DNA from: Candidatus Latescibacterota bacterium
Lineage (GTDB): Bacteria; Latescibacterota; UBA2968
Length of the DNA stretch: 64,000 bases
Assembly: GCA_965204375.1 (NCBI GenBank)
Contig: OZ241986.1
Coordinates: 6,208,001-6,272,000, forward strand
Direction of reading: 5' to 3'
Shown: positions 10,001 to 19,520 of the stretch, piece after piece
Position numbering within the stretch: position 1 is the stretch's first letter
Layout of the letters: the number at the start of each line of letters is the position of its first letter
Translations under genes and position numbers: made by a program
The notes under the pieces: model-generated
Told to the model about the DNA's origin: nothing
Seen by the model: only the letters and a program-made list of their open reading frames with translations
The model's database searches: none

Positions 10001-12498
10001 GGAATACCGCGCAAATCGAGATTCCCATTACAGCAGACATGGCGCCGAATGCGTATGTGACGATATCCGTTATTCAGCCGCATAGACAGACGGCCAATGA
10101 TCGCCCATTGCGGATGTATGGGGTTGTGCCTTTGCGCGTGGTTGATCCGAATACGCGGCTCGATCTCACGCTGACTGCGCCCGATGAACTCAAACCCGAC
10201 GATTCTTTTGAGGTTGTCGTGCAAACGGGTGATGGGAAACCCGCGCAGTTGACGCTGTCTGTTGTGGATGAGGGTTTGCTGGATATCACGCAGTTTTCCA
10301 CGCCCGATGCTTGGCGCGCGTTTTTTGGCAAGTTGCGTTTGGGGCTGCATATCTCCGATTTGTTTGGGCAGGTTATAGGTGTCAATATCGGCGATGTGTT
10401 TAAGACTTTTGCGATAGGCGGCGATGCCGCTCTGGCCGCTTATCGGCGCGATAGGCTTCCCGAGGAGCAGAAACAGCGTTTTAAGTCTGTATCGCTTTTT
10501 GAGGGTCCGGTTGTTACCGACGATCAAGGTCGCGCTGTGGTTTCTTTTGTTATGCCCAATTACGTCGGTTCGGTGCGCATCATGGCTGTGGCTGCGCGGG
10601 GCAATGCTTATGGCAGTGCGGAAAAAACAGTGCCCGTGAAAACGGATTTGATGATTTTGCCCACTTTGCCGCGCGCGTTGCGACCCGGCGACCGCATTGC
10701 TGTTCCAGCTACTGTATTTGCCATGGGGGATAGTTTGGGACCTGTTGATGTGGCGATCAGTACAGAGGGCTTGCTCCGTGTCGATGGGCAGGCGCGAGAT
10801 ACCATTGTGTTTCAAGAAGCGGGTGAAGAAAATGTGCTATTTATGTGTGTGGCACCCAATGCAATTGGCGATGCGCGCGTTGCGATTACTGCAACTGCGC
10901 GCGATGTGATTGCCACGCATACGACAGATCTGACCATTTCGCCGTCGTCGCCGCGCATCAGTGCCGATGAGACGCGGGAGATACGGCCGGGACAAGCGGT
11001 TGTGCTTCCCGTTCCCGATCGGGGCATTCCCGGTTCCAATCGGGCGCGTCTTACCCTGCACACGCGCCCAAATATGAAGCTCGACAACCGCTTGCTGTGG
11101 CTGGTGCGATATCCCTATGGTTGTGTGGAGCAAGTGGTGTCGGCGGCGTTTCCACAGCTTTATCTCAAAGATATCCTCATGGCGTCGGATAAATCGAATG
11201 AGATTGCGCGGGAGATGGACGAGCACATCAATGCTGCTATTCGGAGATTGCGCCGATTTCAACTGCCGTCAGGTGTGCTCAGCTATTGGCCGGGTCGGTC
11301 TAAGCCCTCGATATGGGGCACGCTATATGCCGGACATTTTTTGATTGAGGCCAATGCCCTCGGTTATTATGTGCCAGACGATCTGTTTGAAAGCTGGGTG
11401 CAATACGAGCAATCCCGCGCTTTGACCACGCGCGATGATCTGATGATCCGAACCTATCGCGTTTATTTGCTCGCGCTGGCAAATCAACCCGCGCTGGGGG
11501 CGATGAATTTACTGAAGGAAAGCAGTTTGCGGGATATGACGGATGTAGAGAAATGGCTGCTGGCATCGGCATATCACCGGGCGGGTAGTACTGCGATAGC
11601 TGATGAGATTCTCAGGAGTGCGGGAACGCTTGCAAACCGGGCCGAGCGTTGGGATCATACCTTTGGATCTGCGCTGAGGGACCGTGCGATGATTCTGATG
11701 GCGATGGTCGATTTTCAACGCTGGGGAGAAGCCGATCCTCTGGCAGATGAAATCGCGTTGGCTCTATCATCGGACAGGTGGTATTCGACACAGACGAGCG
11801 GTTTCGCGCTGCTGGCACTGGGCAAGCATATTCGGGCGACTGAGGGAGATCAACCGGTGCGTTTGGCGGGTTCGGTGACATTGCCCGATGGGGAGGTCGT
11901 GCCGTTTGATTCGGGTTCGCGTTTTTACAATGTCGATATCGAATCCGGGTTTGGACAATCTGTTCGCGTCCAGCTCAATCCCGAGAGCACAGTGACGCGG
12001 GCGTTTACAACACTCGAGTGGTCGGGTGTTCCGCTCCAGGCCGATGCGATGGTCGAATCTCGCAATTTGCAACTCGACGTGCGCTGGCGCGATGACGATG
12101 GCTTCCTCGTGTATCCCGATACGCTCAAACAGGGGGCGACCTTCTGGGGGCATTTCAGCGTGAAAAATACATCTGTCGCACATATCCGCGAGATTGCATT
12201 GACTCAGTTGTTGCCTTCGGGTTGGGAAATTGAAAATACGCGCTTGTCGGGCGCGTCAATGCCGGGGTGGACTTCTAATTTGCGTTTGGGCCACGAGGCT
12301 TATGTCGATATGCGCGATGATCGCGCGACATATTTTTTTGACATTACGCCTGCGGGGCCGGGATTCACGCGGGACTTTGTCGTAAAGCTCAATGCCGTCA
12401 CTGTTGGTACATTCACCTTGCCGCCTACGCTGGTTGAGGCGATGTACAATCATGCGAGCAGAGCGGTTGTGCCGGGGAGAACTGTGGTGGTTAGGTGA
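7015..12498 (+). CDS. yfhM: Bacterial alpha-2-macroglobulin lipoprotein
   Basis: 1827 aa; lipobox LFAC; TERGVYRPG; thioester YPYGCVEQ; YSTQ; adjacent to pbpC. Confidence 0.95.
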   Translation: MSYRISFLMLLTLFACSQKSPEDAPQSYPLETARMVSHVSEGVLVSTDPIRVRFVSPVIGKSQVGQVLRTRVFRFMPSIDGLATWEDERTLVFKPNAPLTLRTVYSGELSMTDLFPQHKDLKPLVIQFEIAGRELVALEADFELPDANDPQRLVFSGQISFNERADSSAVSDAVALRLGDQRLALHWRVLSDGKTHDFTSAEITRTREAQELAMHIDRADLELSQDYDNTWSLPPLSAFSVVEIEKNADRDRPSVSIIFSDDLDFGQDIAGLITADPPKQLQLNAIGKTVSVVGDFQHGQSYALTVHPGIRSRWGIALAQPHTETVAFDDIKPRMRFARDGVFLPTSGNRKIRFQTVNVSRVHLKIDKVFESNLGQFLQNQRVDGARGRTRGAYMRRVGVTVADTTLDIGREKNVWLQHELDLNDLISKDEKGLYLIGLTFGAEDMLYGDPVEAAEARQQRRRYRGAAYLNNPYSRGYVYQHGRIYKPVVVSDIGLTHQKTPDRHLVYATHLEDARPLSGVTVTLRTYQNQVVEQKVTDRNGLADFNSVKSDVFYIEAEKDGQRSFIKPGDMTWNLSTFDTGGRDPAPDGIRAFFYTERGVYRPGDDIRLSAIVRNHNHTFPDGHPISLAFYNPLGQRVLTQTNREGKDGFYTFDLSTSADAPTGNWRAEIDVGSRKFNHRVKVETIVPFRLKVFLDPQLAKRDRVLKADLRSAYLFGNPAAGLKANVDVTLRSSPPVFPRYEGFSFVNQAVQFKPITANIFTGALDEEGKAALSWQFPSLSEAPSRLSAILRARVLEKGGRPNSTARMVHIDPFEAYVGLRKPDLDYGFTRINASLEVPVVAVTPDGEAAPGRTLMYRVFHNENYWWWEYDSKDQFRLRFKRDFSTKKIIETSIISRDRPVPIAFTPEEKGEYLIEVEDAGGHKASLFIRAYLWGSLPASGRDAGALVLKTDRENYAPGETGVVSFPVPDTSSVLVTVSRGGNVVHSRWHAPSTRNTAQIEIPITADMAPNAYVTISVIQPHRQTANDRPLRMYGVVPLRVVDPNTRLDLTLTAPDELKPDDSFEVVVQTGDGKPAQLTLSVVDEGLLDITQFSTPDAWRAFFGKLRLGLHISDLFGQVIGVNIGDVFKTFAIGGDAALAAYRRDRLPEEQKQRFKSVSLFEGPVVTDDQGRAVVSFVMPNYVGSVRIMAVAARGNAYGSAEKTVPVKTDLMILPTLPRALRPGDRIAVPATVFAMGDSLGPVDVAISTEGLLRVDGQARDTIVFQEAGEENVLFMCVAPNAIGDARVAITATARDVIATHTTDLTISPSSPRISADETREIRPGQAVVLPVPDRGIPGSNRARLTLHTRPNMKLDNRLLWLVRYPYGCVEQVVSAAFPQLYLKDILMASDKSNEIAREMDEHINAAIRRLRRFQLPSGVLSYWPGRSKPSIWGTLYAGHFLIEANALGYYVPDDLFESWVQYEQSRALTTRDDLMIRTYRVYLLALANQPALGAMNLLKESSLRDMTDVEKWLLASAYHRAGSTAIADEILRSAGTLANRAERWDHTFGSALRDRAMILMAMVDFQRWGEADPLADEIALALSSDRWYSTQTSGFALLALGKHIRATEGDQPVRLAGSVTLPDGEVVPFDSGSRFYNVDIESGFGQSVRVQLNPESTVTRAFTTLEWSGVPLQADAMVESRNLQLDVRWRDDDGFLVYPDTLKQGATFWGHFSVKNTSVAHIREIALTQLLPSGWEIENTRLSGASMPGWTSNLRLGHEAYVDMRDDRATYFFDITPAGPGFTRDFVVKLNAVTVGTFTLPPTLVEAMYNHASRAVVPGRTVVVR

Positions 12499-12581
12499 AT
12501 CCGCAGATGTACGCAGATAAGCGCAGATAAAAAGAAGGGCTGGGGGGTATCCTGTTCATCCTTATATCCTGAAAATCCTGA
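12499..12581. repeat. Intergenic 9-mer repeats (ACGCAGAT and ATCCTG types)
   Basis: atccgcagatgtacgcagataagcgcagata then atcctgttcatccttatatcctgaaaatcctga; related copies at 19451-19483 and, inverted, at 50099-50244. Confidence 0.7.
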
Positions 12582-12583
12582 TC

Positions 12584-14869
12584 ATGAGACGCCGATACAA
12601 AATTTTAGTCGGTATTTTTGCGGGAATAGTACTTCTGTATTTTGCCGTTCCGTTGCCGCATTTTTTAGAGGATTATAGCGCGGTTGTGCTGGATAAAGAC
12701 GGGCGCATTTTGCGCGCATTTCTCAATAACCGCCAGCAGTGGCATTTTCCGCCTCGGAAAGATGCGCACGTTTCGCAGAAGCTCAAAACGAGTGTGCTCT
12801 ATTTTGAAGATCGATACTTTGATTATCACTTTGGCGTCAATCCCGTGTCTGTGGTGCGCGCGCTGTATCAGAATTTGAGGCAGGGTAAGATTGTGAGTGG
12901 TGCGAGTACGTTGACTATGCAAGTGGCGCGGCTGATGCATCCCAGGCCGCGCACATATTTTAACAAGACACTGGAGATGCTTCAGGCGCTGAAGATCGAG
13001 ATGCGGTATTCAAAAGAAGAGATTTTGCAACTTTATCTCGATCACGCGCCTTATGGCGGGAATGTGGTGGGCTATCGGGCGGCGGCGTTGCGTTTTTTTC
13101 GGAAATCGCCGGATCAGCTTACCTGGGCAGAGGCGGCATTGCTCGCGGTGCTGCCCAATGCGCCGGGAAAAATTTCGCCTCAGGCGAATCCCGATTTGTT
13201 AAAAAAGAAACGCGATGCGTTGCTTACCGCGCTGCACAGGGCGGGATATTTTGGTGCTGAGACGCTGTATCTGGCGAGAAAAGAATCTGTGCCGCGCAAG
13301 TCGCATCCATTTCCCATGCTGGCTCCCCATCTGGCGCGGTATATTGTAGATCGCCAGACGTCGTTTGTTCATCCAACGACGGTTGATCGGGATATTCAGA
13401 TTCGGGCAGAAGAACTCGTTGCGCGTCACGTCAGCAGGTTGCGGCAGCGCGGGATTCACAATGGCTTTTCGCTGATTGCGGATACCAAGACGGGTGCTGT
13501 TCGCGCTTATGTTGGGTCCGAAAATTTCACAGATAGTCACGTCGATGGGATTCGCGCGCCGCGGTCGTCGGGTTCGTTGCTCAAGCCGTTTCTCTACGCG
13601 CTCAGTATGGATGCGGGGCTGATTCTGCCGCAGAGCAAAATTTGGGATATACCGACGTATTACGGCTCGTTTTCGCCACACAATGCCAGTCGCACATTTC
13701 AGGGGCTTGTCTCGGCGTATGATGCGTTGATTTTGTCGGCGAATGTGCCTGCGGTGCGCTTGCTTTATGAGTATGGTGTGGTGGCGTTTTACGAACGGCT
13801 TCGCGCGGCTGGTTTGACGACGTTGTTCCGCGCGCCGAATGATTACGGCTTGCCCCTCGTTCTCGGCGGTGCCGAGGTGACGGGCTGGGATATGGCGGTG
13901 CTTTTTCGCGGTTTGGGCAATGGAGGTGTGTTTCAGCCCCTTCATATAAATCCGGCAGATCGCCCGTCTGAGCCTCCGCCTTTGCTCAGTCTCGGTGCGT
14001 GTTATCTGGTCCTGAATACGTTGCGGGATCTCTCGCGGCCCGGAATAGAATTTTACTGGCATCAGTTTCAAAATCAGTGGCCCATTGCCTGGAAAACGGG
14101 TACGAGTTATGGATATCGCGATGCGTGGGCTGTGGGGGTGTCGCCGCAGTGGACTATTGCTGTATGGGTGGGCAATTTCGCGGGTGAAGGGGTTTCTGAT
14201 CTCACGGGCGCGCGCTGTGCCGCGCCTTTGTTTTTCGATTTGTTTAATAGCTTGCCCCACGATTCCGATCAACGGTGGTTCGCGCCACCTCAGGCTGATT
14301 TGATCCGGCGCGATGTCTGTACAGATACGGGGTATCGCGCTGCGCCGCATTGTCCAGAGCGGGTTTCTGTGGAAGCACCCCGCTCGCTTTTGAGAAGTTG
14401 TCCGTATCATCGGGTTGTAACGGTGAATGCCGATAGTACACGGCGGGTATGTTCTCTTTGTTGGCAGCCAGGTGAACATCGTCGCGTTGCGCGTCTGGTG
14501 TATCCGCCAGATGTTGTTCACCATTTGCGGCAACGCGGTCAAAGTACAGGAGATTTGCCACCGCATCGCGCGGATTGTGCAGCGCAAGCAGATCACGCTC
14601 CTGTACATATTGTGTATCCAACGCAGAATGCGCGTCTCTATTTGCCCCGAGATTTTGACGGTGCGGTGCAAAATGTCGTGTTGCGGGTGACACATCGCGA
14701 TAAAAACCGCACGTTGTACTGGTATCTCAACCATCGCTATCTGGGAGAGACGAATACGCGGCACGTCAAATCCGTGGTCTTGCCGACGGGCCAACATACA
14801 CTCGAGGTGATCGACGAGATCGGCCACCGCGACCAAACGCGGTTTTACGTCTCGTCGAGACAGGGGTGA
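12584..14869 (+). CDS. pbpC: Penicillin-binding protein 1C
   Basis: Transglycosylase motifs EDRYF and GASTLTMQVAR; transpeptidase GSLLKPF, SAN, KTGTS; PBP1C C-terminal domain. Confidence 0.95.
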   Translation: MRRRYKILVGIFAGIVLLYFAVPLPHFLEDYSAVVLDKDGRILRAFLNNRQQWHFPPRKDAHVSQKLKTSVLYFEDRYFDYHFGVNPVSVVRALYQNLRQGKIVSGASTLTMQVARLMHPRPRTYFNKTLEMLQALKIEMRYSKEEILQLYLDHAPYGGNVVGYRAAALRFFRKSPDQLTWAEAALLAVLPNAPGKISPQANPDLLKKKRDALLTALHRAGYFGAETLYLARKESVPRKSHPFPMLAPHLARYIVDRQTSFVHPTTVDRDIQIRAEELVARHVSRLRQRGIHNGFSLIADTKTGAVRAYVGSENFTDSHVDGIRAPRSSGSLLKPFLYALSMDAGLILPQSKIWDIPTYYGSFSPHNASRTFQGLVSAYDALILSANVPAVRLLYEYGVVAFYERLRAAGLTTLFRAPNDYGLPLVLGGAEVTGWDMAVLFRGLGNGGVFQPLHINPADRPSEPPPLLSLGACYLVLNTLRDLSRPGIEFYWHQFQNQWPIAWKTGTSYGYRDAWAVGVSPQWTIAVWVGNFAGEGVSDLTGARCAAPLFFDLFNSLPHDSDQRWFAPPQADLIRRDVCTDTGYRAAPHCPERVSVEAPRSLLRSCPYHRVVTVNADSTRRVCSLCWQPGEHRRVARLVYPPDVVHHLRQRGQSTGDLPPHRADCAAQADHAPVHIVYPTQNARLYLPRDFDGAVQNVVLRVTHRDKNRTLYWYLNHRYLGETNTRHVKSVVLPTGQHTLEVIDEIGHRDQTRFYVSSRQG

Positions 14870-14922
14870 AGGGTATTTGGTAGGCCGGTTCCAGATTTAC
14901 GTTTTTGAGAGGTGGGAAATCC

Positions 14923-15834
14923 ATGTACATTCCAGAGACCTTATCGGCCAATCCAGAATGGGCTGAATGGATCGAACAACTGCCAGATATCGTTGCTGCG
15001 TGTGCAAAGCGGTGGGATCTTCGCGTTGAGGATCCTATGACAGAAGACTATGCCGAGATGTCCTATAGCTATATCGCGCCAGCGACGGATGCGAAGGGCA
15101 CAGAGGTTGTCCTGAAAATTGGCTCGCCTTTGCAAGTGGCGGAGAACTGGCAACAGGAGTGCCATGCGCTGCAACTTTGCAATGGAATGGGCACGGTCAA
15201 GTTGCTCGATTTTGACGAGGCGTTGGGCGTGCTGATGCTGGAGCGCATCCGGCCGGGTGTCCCTCTGGGTGTTTGTCCGAATGATGAGGAGAATACGCGT
15301 ATTGCCGCTCGCCTGATGAAAAAGTTCTGGCAATCTGTTCCGAAAGTTCACAGTTTTCGACCGACAGCGTATGAAATAGATGGCTTTGACAAGTTGCGTA
15401 AAAAATACAATGGCAGTACCGGGCCGTTGCCCGAAAAGTGGGTTGTGCGCGCCGAAACGCTTTACGATGAGTTGATGCGTTCCAGTACAGAAACGGTTGT
15501 TCTGCACGGGGATTTGCATCACTGGAATATCCTGAGTTCAGAGCGCGAACCCTATCTCGTCATTGATCCCAAAGGCTATTTTGGCGATCCGGGTTACGAG
15601 GTCGGTGCTTTTTTGGCGAATTATCCCGACGCATCCTGTGAAGGACGTGACCGGGGCGAGATCGATATTCGCCGTGTGGAGATTATGGCTGAAGAATTGG
15701 ATATCCCGCGCGAGCGCATTATCAAATGGGGCCTGGTTCTGGCTTTAATCTGGGCGAGATGGAGTGCGGATACGCCCGAAGAGTTCTGGCGTACAGATAT
15801 CAGTCGCGCCCAGGCGTTGGATCAGTTGCTTTGA
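14923..15834 (+). CDS. Aminoglycoside/hydroxyurea resistance kinase, APH(6)/StrB-like
   Basis: VVLKI, LLERI.PG-like segment, LHGDLHHWNIL and IDPKG.FGDP motifs. Confidence 0.85.
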   Translation: MYIPETLSANPEWAEWIEQLPDIVAACAKRWDLRVEDPMTEDYAEMSYSYIAPATDAKGTEVVLKIGSPLQVAENWQQECHALQLCNGMGTVKLLDFDEALGVLMLERIRPGVPLGVCPNDEENTRIAARLMKKFWQSVPKVHSFRPTAYEIDGFDKLRKKYNGSTGPLPEKWVVRAETLYDELMRSSTETVVLHGDLHHWNILSSEREPYLVIDPKGYFGDPGYEVGAFLANYPDASCEGRDRGEIDIRRVEIMAEELDIPRERIIKWGLVLALIWARWSADTPEEFWRTDISRAQALDQLL

Positions 15835-15922
15835 ATCAACGAATCAACGAATCAGCGAATCTACGACGAAGTTTGTAACAATTTTGGGTGGTAGAGCGGG
15901 GTTCGTCTATTCGTCTATTCGC
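15833..15922. repeat. Octamer repeats (CGAATCAA / TTCGTCTA) in inverted arrangement
   Basis: gaatcaacgaatcaacgaatcagcgaatc followed by ttcgtctattcgtctattcg; same units at about 32057-32128 and 51700-51724. Confidence 0.7.
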
Positions 15923-15963
15923 GCTTTTTATCGCAGTATCATCCCTAACCACAAGGAGATTTT

Positions 15964-17352
15964 ATGTCTGACCGTCCAAATATTCTGATGATTATGTCTG
16001 ATGAGCACGACCCGGCAGTGATGGGGTGTTATGGCGATTCTATTGTGCAAACGCCGCATCTGGATCGGCTGGCGGAAGAGGGTATTGTATTTGATGCGGC
16101 TTATACGACTTCGCCGCTTTGCGCGCCTGCGCGTGCGAGTTTTACGGCGGTGCAATACGTGAGTCGCTGTGGGGTGTGGACCAATGATTGTCAGTTGCCC
16201 TCTGACGATTATCCCTCGTTGCCTCACGCGCTGAATGCGGTGGGCTATGAGTGCTGGTTGGGTGGCAAGATGCATTTTGCGGGCGCGCATCGCTATGGCT
16301 TTCGCGATGTTTATCCCGGTGCGAATCAAGGAGAGAGAAGCGGAAAGGGCGGGCGGCGGGCGTTCGATGATCTGAGTGAATCGGGTTTTGGTTGGGAAGG
16401 GCGGGTGGCGGCTTTTAAGACGGCTGATACATCGCCCGTTTTGGAGAGGGACCGCAAGGTGACGGCGGAGTGCAGTGCGTTTTTGCAGAATCGATCGGCG
16501 GATGATAAGCCGTTCTTTTTGCTGGCAGGTTATGTGGCGCCGCATTTTCCGTTGACTATTCCAGAAGAATATTACGCGCCTTACAAAGACAGGGTGCCCA
16601 TGCCCGAGATTCCCGAGGGTTTTTTGGAGACGTTGCCGACCAATTACAAGCATTTGCGAGCCGGGTTTGGTGTGACAAAGGCGACGCCAGAGCAGACGAA
16701 GTTGGGGCGCGAGCTTTACTGGGGTTTTGTGAACTGGCTGGACGATGAGATCGGCAAGTTGCTCGCCGCGCTTAATGATTCTGAGGTGGCGGATAATACG
16801 ATTGTGATTTACTGCACGGATCACGGCGAGAACAAGGGCGACCACGGGTTGTGGTGGAAGAACAATATGTATGAACACGCTTCGCGGACGCCGCTGATTG
16901 TGTCTTTTCCAAAGCGCTGGGCAGGTAGGCAGCGACGGACTGGTGTGTGTTCGCTGGTGGATCTGGCGCAGACGATAGCGGAGATCGGTGGGGCGGAACG
17001 CTCGGATGACTGGGATGGCGAGTCGCTGCTCAATTATCTGGACGACGGGAATAGCGATTGGCGAGATGTTGCGGTGAGCGAATACTACGCCCACAATATT
17101 GCGTCGGGTATGGCGATGATTCGGCAGGGTCCTTGGAAGTACGTGTATCACACGCGGTTTGACGAGGCGCATGGACCCGAACGCGAGTTGTACAATTTGG
17201 AAGAGGATACCGGAGAATTTAACAATCTGGCAAATGATCCCGCGCAGGCAGATCGCATCGCGCAATTGCACGATTTGTTGGCGAGAGAATTGAGACGCGA
17301 TCCCGAAGAGGCCGAGGCGCAAAGCCGAGCGGATTTGGCGAAGGGGTATTGA
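15964..17352 (+). CDS. Sulfatase (choline-sulfatase-like)
   Basis: PNIL..MSDEH, CxPxR (LCAPARAS), GKMH, DHGE..GDHG. Confidence 0.93.
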   Translation: MSDRPNILMIMSDEHDPAVMGCYGDSIVQTPHLDRLAEEGIVFDAAYTTSPLCAPARASFTAVQYVSRCGVWTNDCQLPSDDYPSLPHALNAVGYECWLGGKMHFAGAHRYGFRDVYPGANQGERSGKGGRRAFDDLSESGFGWEGRVAAFKTADTSPVLERDRKVTAECSAFLQNRSADDKPFFLLAGYVAPHFPLTIPEEYYAPYKDRVPMPEIPEGFLETLPTNYKHLRAGFGVTKATPEQTKLGRELYWGFVNWLDDEIGKLLAALNDSEVADNTIVIYCTDHGENKGDHGLWWKNNMYEHASRTPLIVSFPKRWAGRQRRTGVCSLVDLAQTIAEIGGAERSDDWDGESLLNYLDDGNSDWRDVAVSEYYAHNIASGMAMIRQGPWKYVYHTRFDEAHGPERELYNLEEDTGEFNNLANDPAQADRIAQLHDLLARELRRDPEEAEAQSRADLAKGY

Positions 17353-19481
17353 TGGACTTATCGTTATACGAGACGATCTGGCTGGTCGGCGCGGTGATTG
17401 CCGCCGGGTTGCTCTGGGGCATTTTTGCCTCGGCGATAAAGCGGAGGGGCACACCGCTGCCGCTGTTGTTGTTGATTTCAGCGGGGGCACTCTGGTACAC
17501 GGGGGATGCGTTGCGCATTTTGATCGAGCAGGCGGCACCGGATGCCGGTGCCGTGAATTATGCGGCGCATGTGGCGCGTTTTGGGCTGGATTTTTTGCCG
17601 TCTGCGCTGCTGGGAACGGTGCTGGCTTTTGCAGATGAGCACAAGGTGGCGCGTGGGTTGCGGCGGTATCTTATTCCTATCACTTTTGTGCCGGGGGTGA
17701 TCATCTTTTTGATTGGCATGTCTCAAGCGCCGATCAAGCGCGTGAGTTTTAGCCTGTATGCTATTGCTATGCTTCTGTTTTCGGCGTATCTCTGTCGGGG
17801 TTTTGCGATGCGGTCGGAGACAGAGGTGCATAAGGTGTTTTGTCGGTTGATGGCATTCGCGCTGACGGGTATTGCGGTTTTGACGGTTTTTGCCTATCCG
17901 CTGGGGTTGCTCCAAAGTGCTGTTGTGGGACCTGTGCTCGCTCTGGTGCTTTTTCTTTCGCCTATCGCGCCGGCATATATTCTGGGCTATTTTATTTATC
18001 GGTACAGCTTTTTCCAGATTGTGGTGAATCCCGCGTTGTTTTATTCTGCGCTGACGGGTATTGTGTTGACGGTTTATTTGTTGGTGATCCGGCGCGTTGC
18101 AGAGGCGCTTGGGCGTCTGGATAGTGGGTTCAGGGTAGAGGTGGTTGAGGCTATTTTGATTTCGCTGCTGATTTTTCTGTTTCAGCCGGTTAAGAATCGG
18201 TTGCAGGGGATAATCAATCGCTTGTTTTTCAGGGCGCGATATGAATATCAGCATTTGCTGGGTGCGCTGAGTCAAACGCTGAATGTGCCGCACGCGCTGG
18301 AGAGGCGGTTGAAGTCGGTGGTGGATGCGGTTGGAACTGTGTTGAAGGTGCACGCTGTTTCGCTGGTGGTGTTTGAGTACGAGGAGGGGCGAGTGAGTCA
18401 GGTGCGGGTGATCGCAAGCAGTGGTTTGCCGGGGTTTGATCCGCCGGTCACACCGTTTGGGGATGGGGAGGGGGCACAGATTGAGGCAGTGGTCGGCTGG
18501 TTGTTGATGCACCGCCGTCCGCTGGATGTAGGCGATTTGCACCATCCGTCACTTACTGCAATACTCGCAAAGCAAGGGGTTGAGCTATGTATTCCGGTGT
18601 TGCAAGAGGAGAAGCCGGTTGGTTTGCTGTGTTTGGGCGAGAAGAAACGCGGGGGGTCTTTTTCGTCTGAAGAATGGGATTTGCTGGGTACGCTTTGCAA
18701 TCAGATTGCACTGGCGGTTGAAAATACGCGTTTGGTGGAGCGGCGGTTGCAATTGGAGCGACAGATGTACGAGGCAGAGCGGCTTTCGGCGTTGGGGTTG
18801 CTTTCGGCGAGTATCGCGCACGAGGTGAAGAATCCCCTGAGTTCGATTAAGGCGATTGCGACTGTGCTGCGGGAAGATTTACAAGATGATCAGACAAAGG
18901 CGGGCGATTTGTCTGTGGTGTTGCGCGAGATTGATCGGTTAAACCGCGTGGTGGATCGCTTGCTCAGTTTTGCCCAACCCAGGCAGGGCGATGGGTTTCA
19001 GGTGTTGGATCTAAAGACTGTGCTGGAAGATGTGGTGCTGATTTTGTTTCACGAGGCGGAGCGACAGGATGTGGAGATCTGTTTCGAGGTGGCGGATGGT
19101 CTCGCAGTGAAGGGCGATCCAGAGGATTTGAAGGAAGTGTTTTTTAATTTGATTTTGAACGGTATTCAGGCTATGGAAGTCGATTGCACAGAGCGGCGGT
19201 TGACGGTGCAGGCGCGGCGATTGCAGGGTGGGGTGGAAGTGCGGGTGTGGGATACGGGTCCGGGGATTTCAGAGGAAGATCAGGCTCGCATTTTTGAGCC
19301 GTTTTTTACGACAAAGGCTTCGGGTACGGGGTTGGGGCTTGCGATTGTGAAGCGCGATGTGGAGCGGATGGGAGGTGCGATTGAGGTGGCAAATGCAGAT
19401 GGGGCAGGGGCGGTGTTTGCGGTTCAACTTCCCGGGGGGGACGAAGTGCGATCCGCAGATGACGCAGATAGACGCAGATAA
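17352..19481 (+). CDS. Multi-TM GAF-domain sensor histidine kinase (PrsK-like architecture)
   Basis: About 9 TM helices, GAF domain, H-box AHEVKNPL, N-box NLILNG, DTGPG, FEPFFTTK, GTGLGL; ATG overlaps the sulfatase stop. Confidence 0.93.
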   Translation: MDLSLYETIWLVGAVIAAGLLWGIFASAIKRRGTPLPLLLLISAGALWYTGDALRILIEQAAPDAGAVNYAAHVARFGLDFLPSALLGTVLAFADEHKVARGLRRYLIPITFVPGVIIFLIGMSQAPIKRVSFSLYAIAMLLFSAYLCRGFAMRSETEVHKVFCRLMAFALTGIAVLTVFAYPLGLLQSAVVGPVLALVLFLSPIAPAYILGYFIYRYSFFQIVVNPALFYSALTGIVLTVYLLVIRRVAEALGRLDSGFRVEVVEAILISLLIFLFQPVKNRLQGIINRLFFRARYEYQHLLGALSQTLNVPHALERRLKSVVDAVGTVLKVHAVSLVVFEYEEGRVSQVRVIASSGLPGFDPPVTPFGDGEGAQIEAVVGWLLMHRRPLDVGDLHHPSLTAILAKQGVELCIPVLQEEKPVGLLCLGEKKRGGSFSSEEWDLLGTLCNQIALAVENTRLVERRLQLERQMYEAERLSALGLLSASIAHEVKNPLSSIKAIATVLREDLQDDQTKAGDLSVVLREIDRLNRVVDRLLSFAQPRQGDGFQVLDLKTVLEDVVLILFHEAERQDVEICFEVADGLAVKGDPEDLKEVFFNLILNGIQAMEVDCTERRLTVQARRLQGGVEVRVWDTGPGISEEDQARIFEPFFTTKASGTGLGLAIVKRDVERMGGAIEVANADGAGAVFAVQLPGGDEVRSADDADRRR

Positions 19482-19520
19482 AAGAGATGTTGGTGGGCTG
19501 ACTGCCAAGACGTGTGAAGG

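Noticed and set aside
13199-18545. Long antisense ORFs (13199-14836, 15928-17538, 17478-18545; similarly 2451-3443 and 53742-54854)
   Set aside because: Shadows of well-supported genes on the opposite strand, with no motifs of their own.
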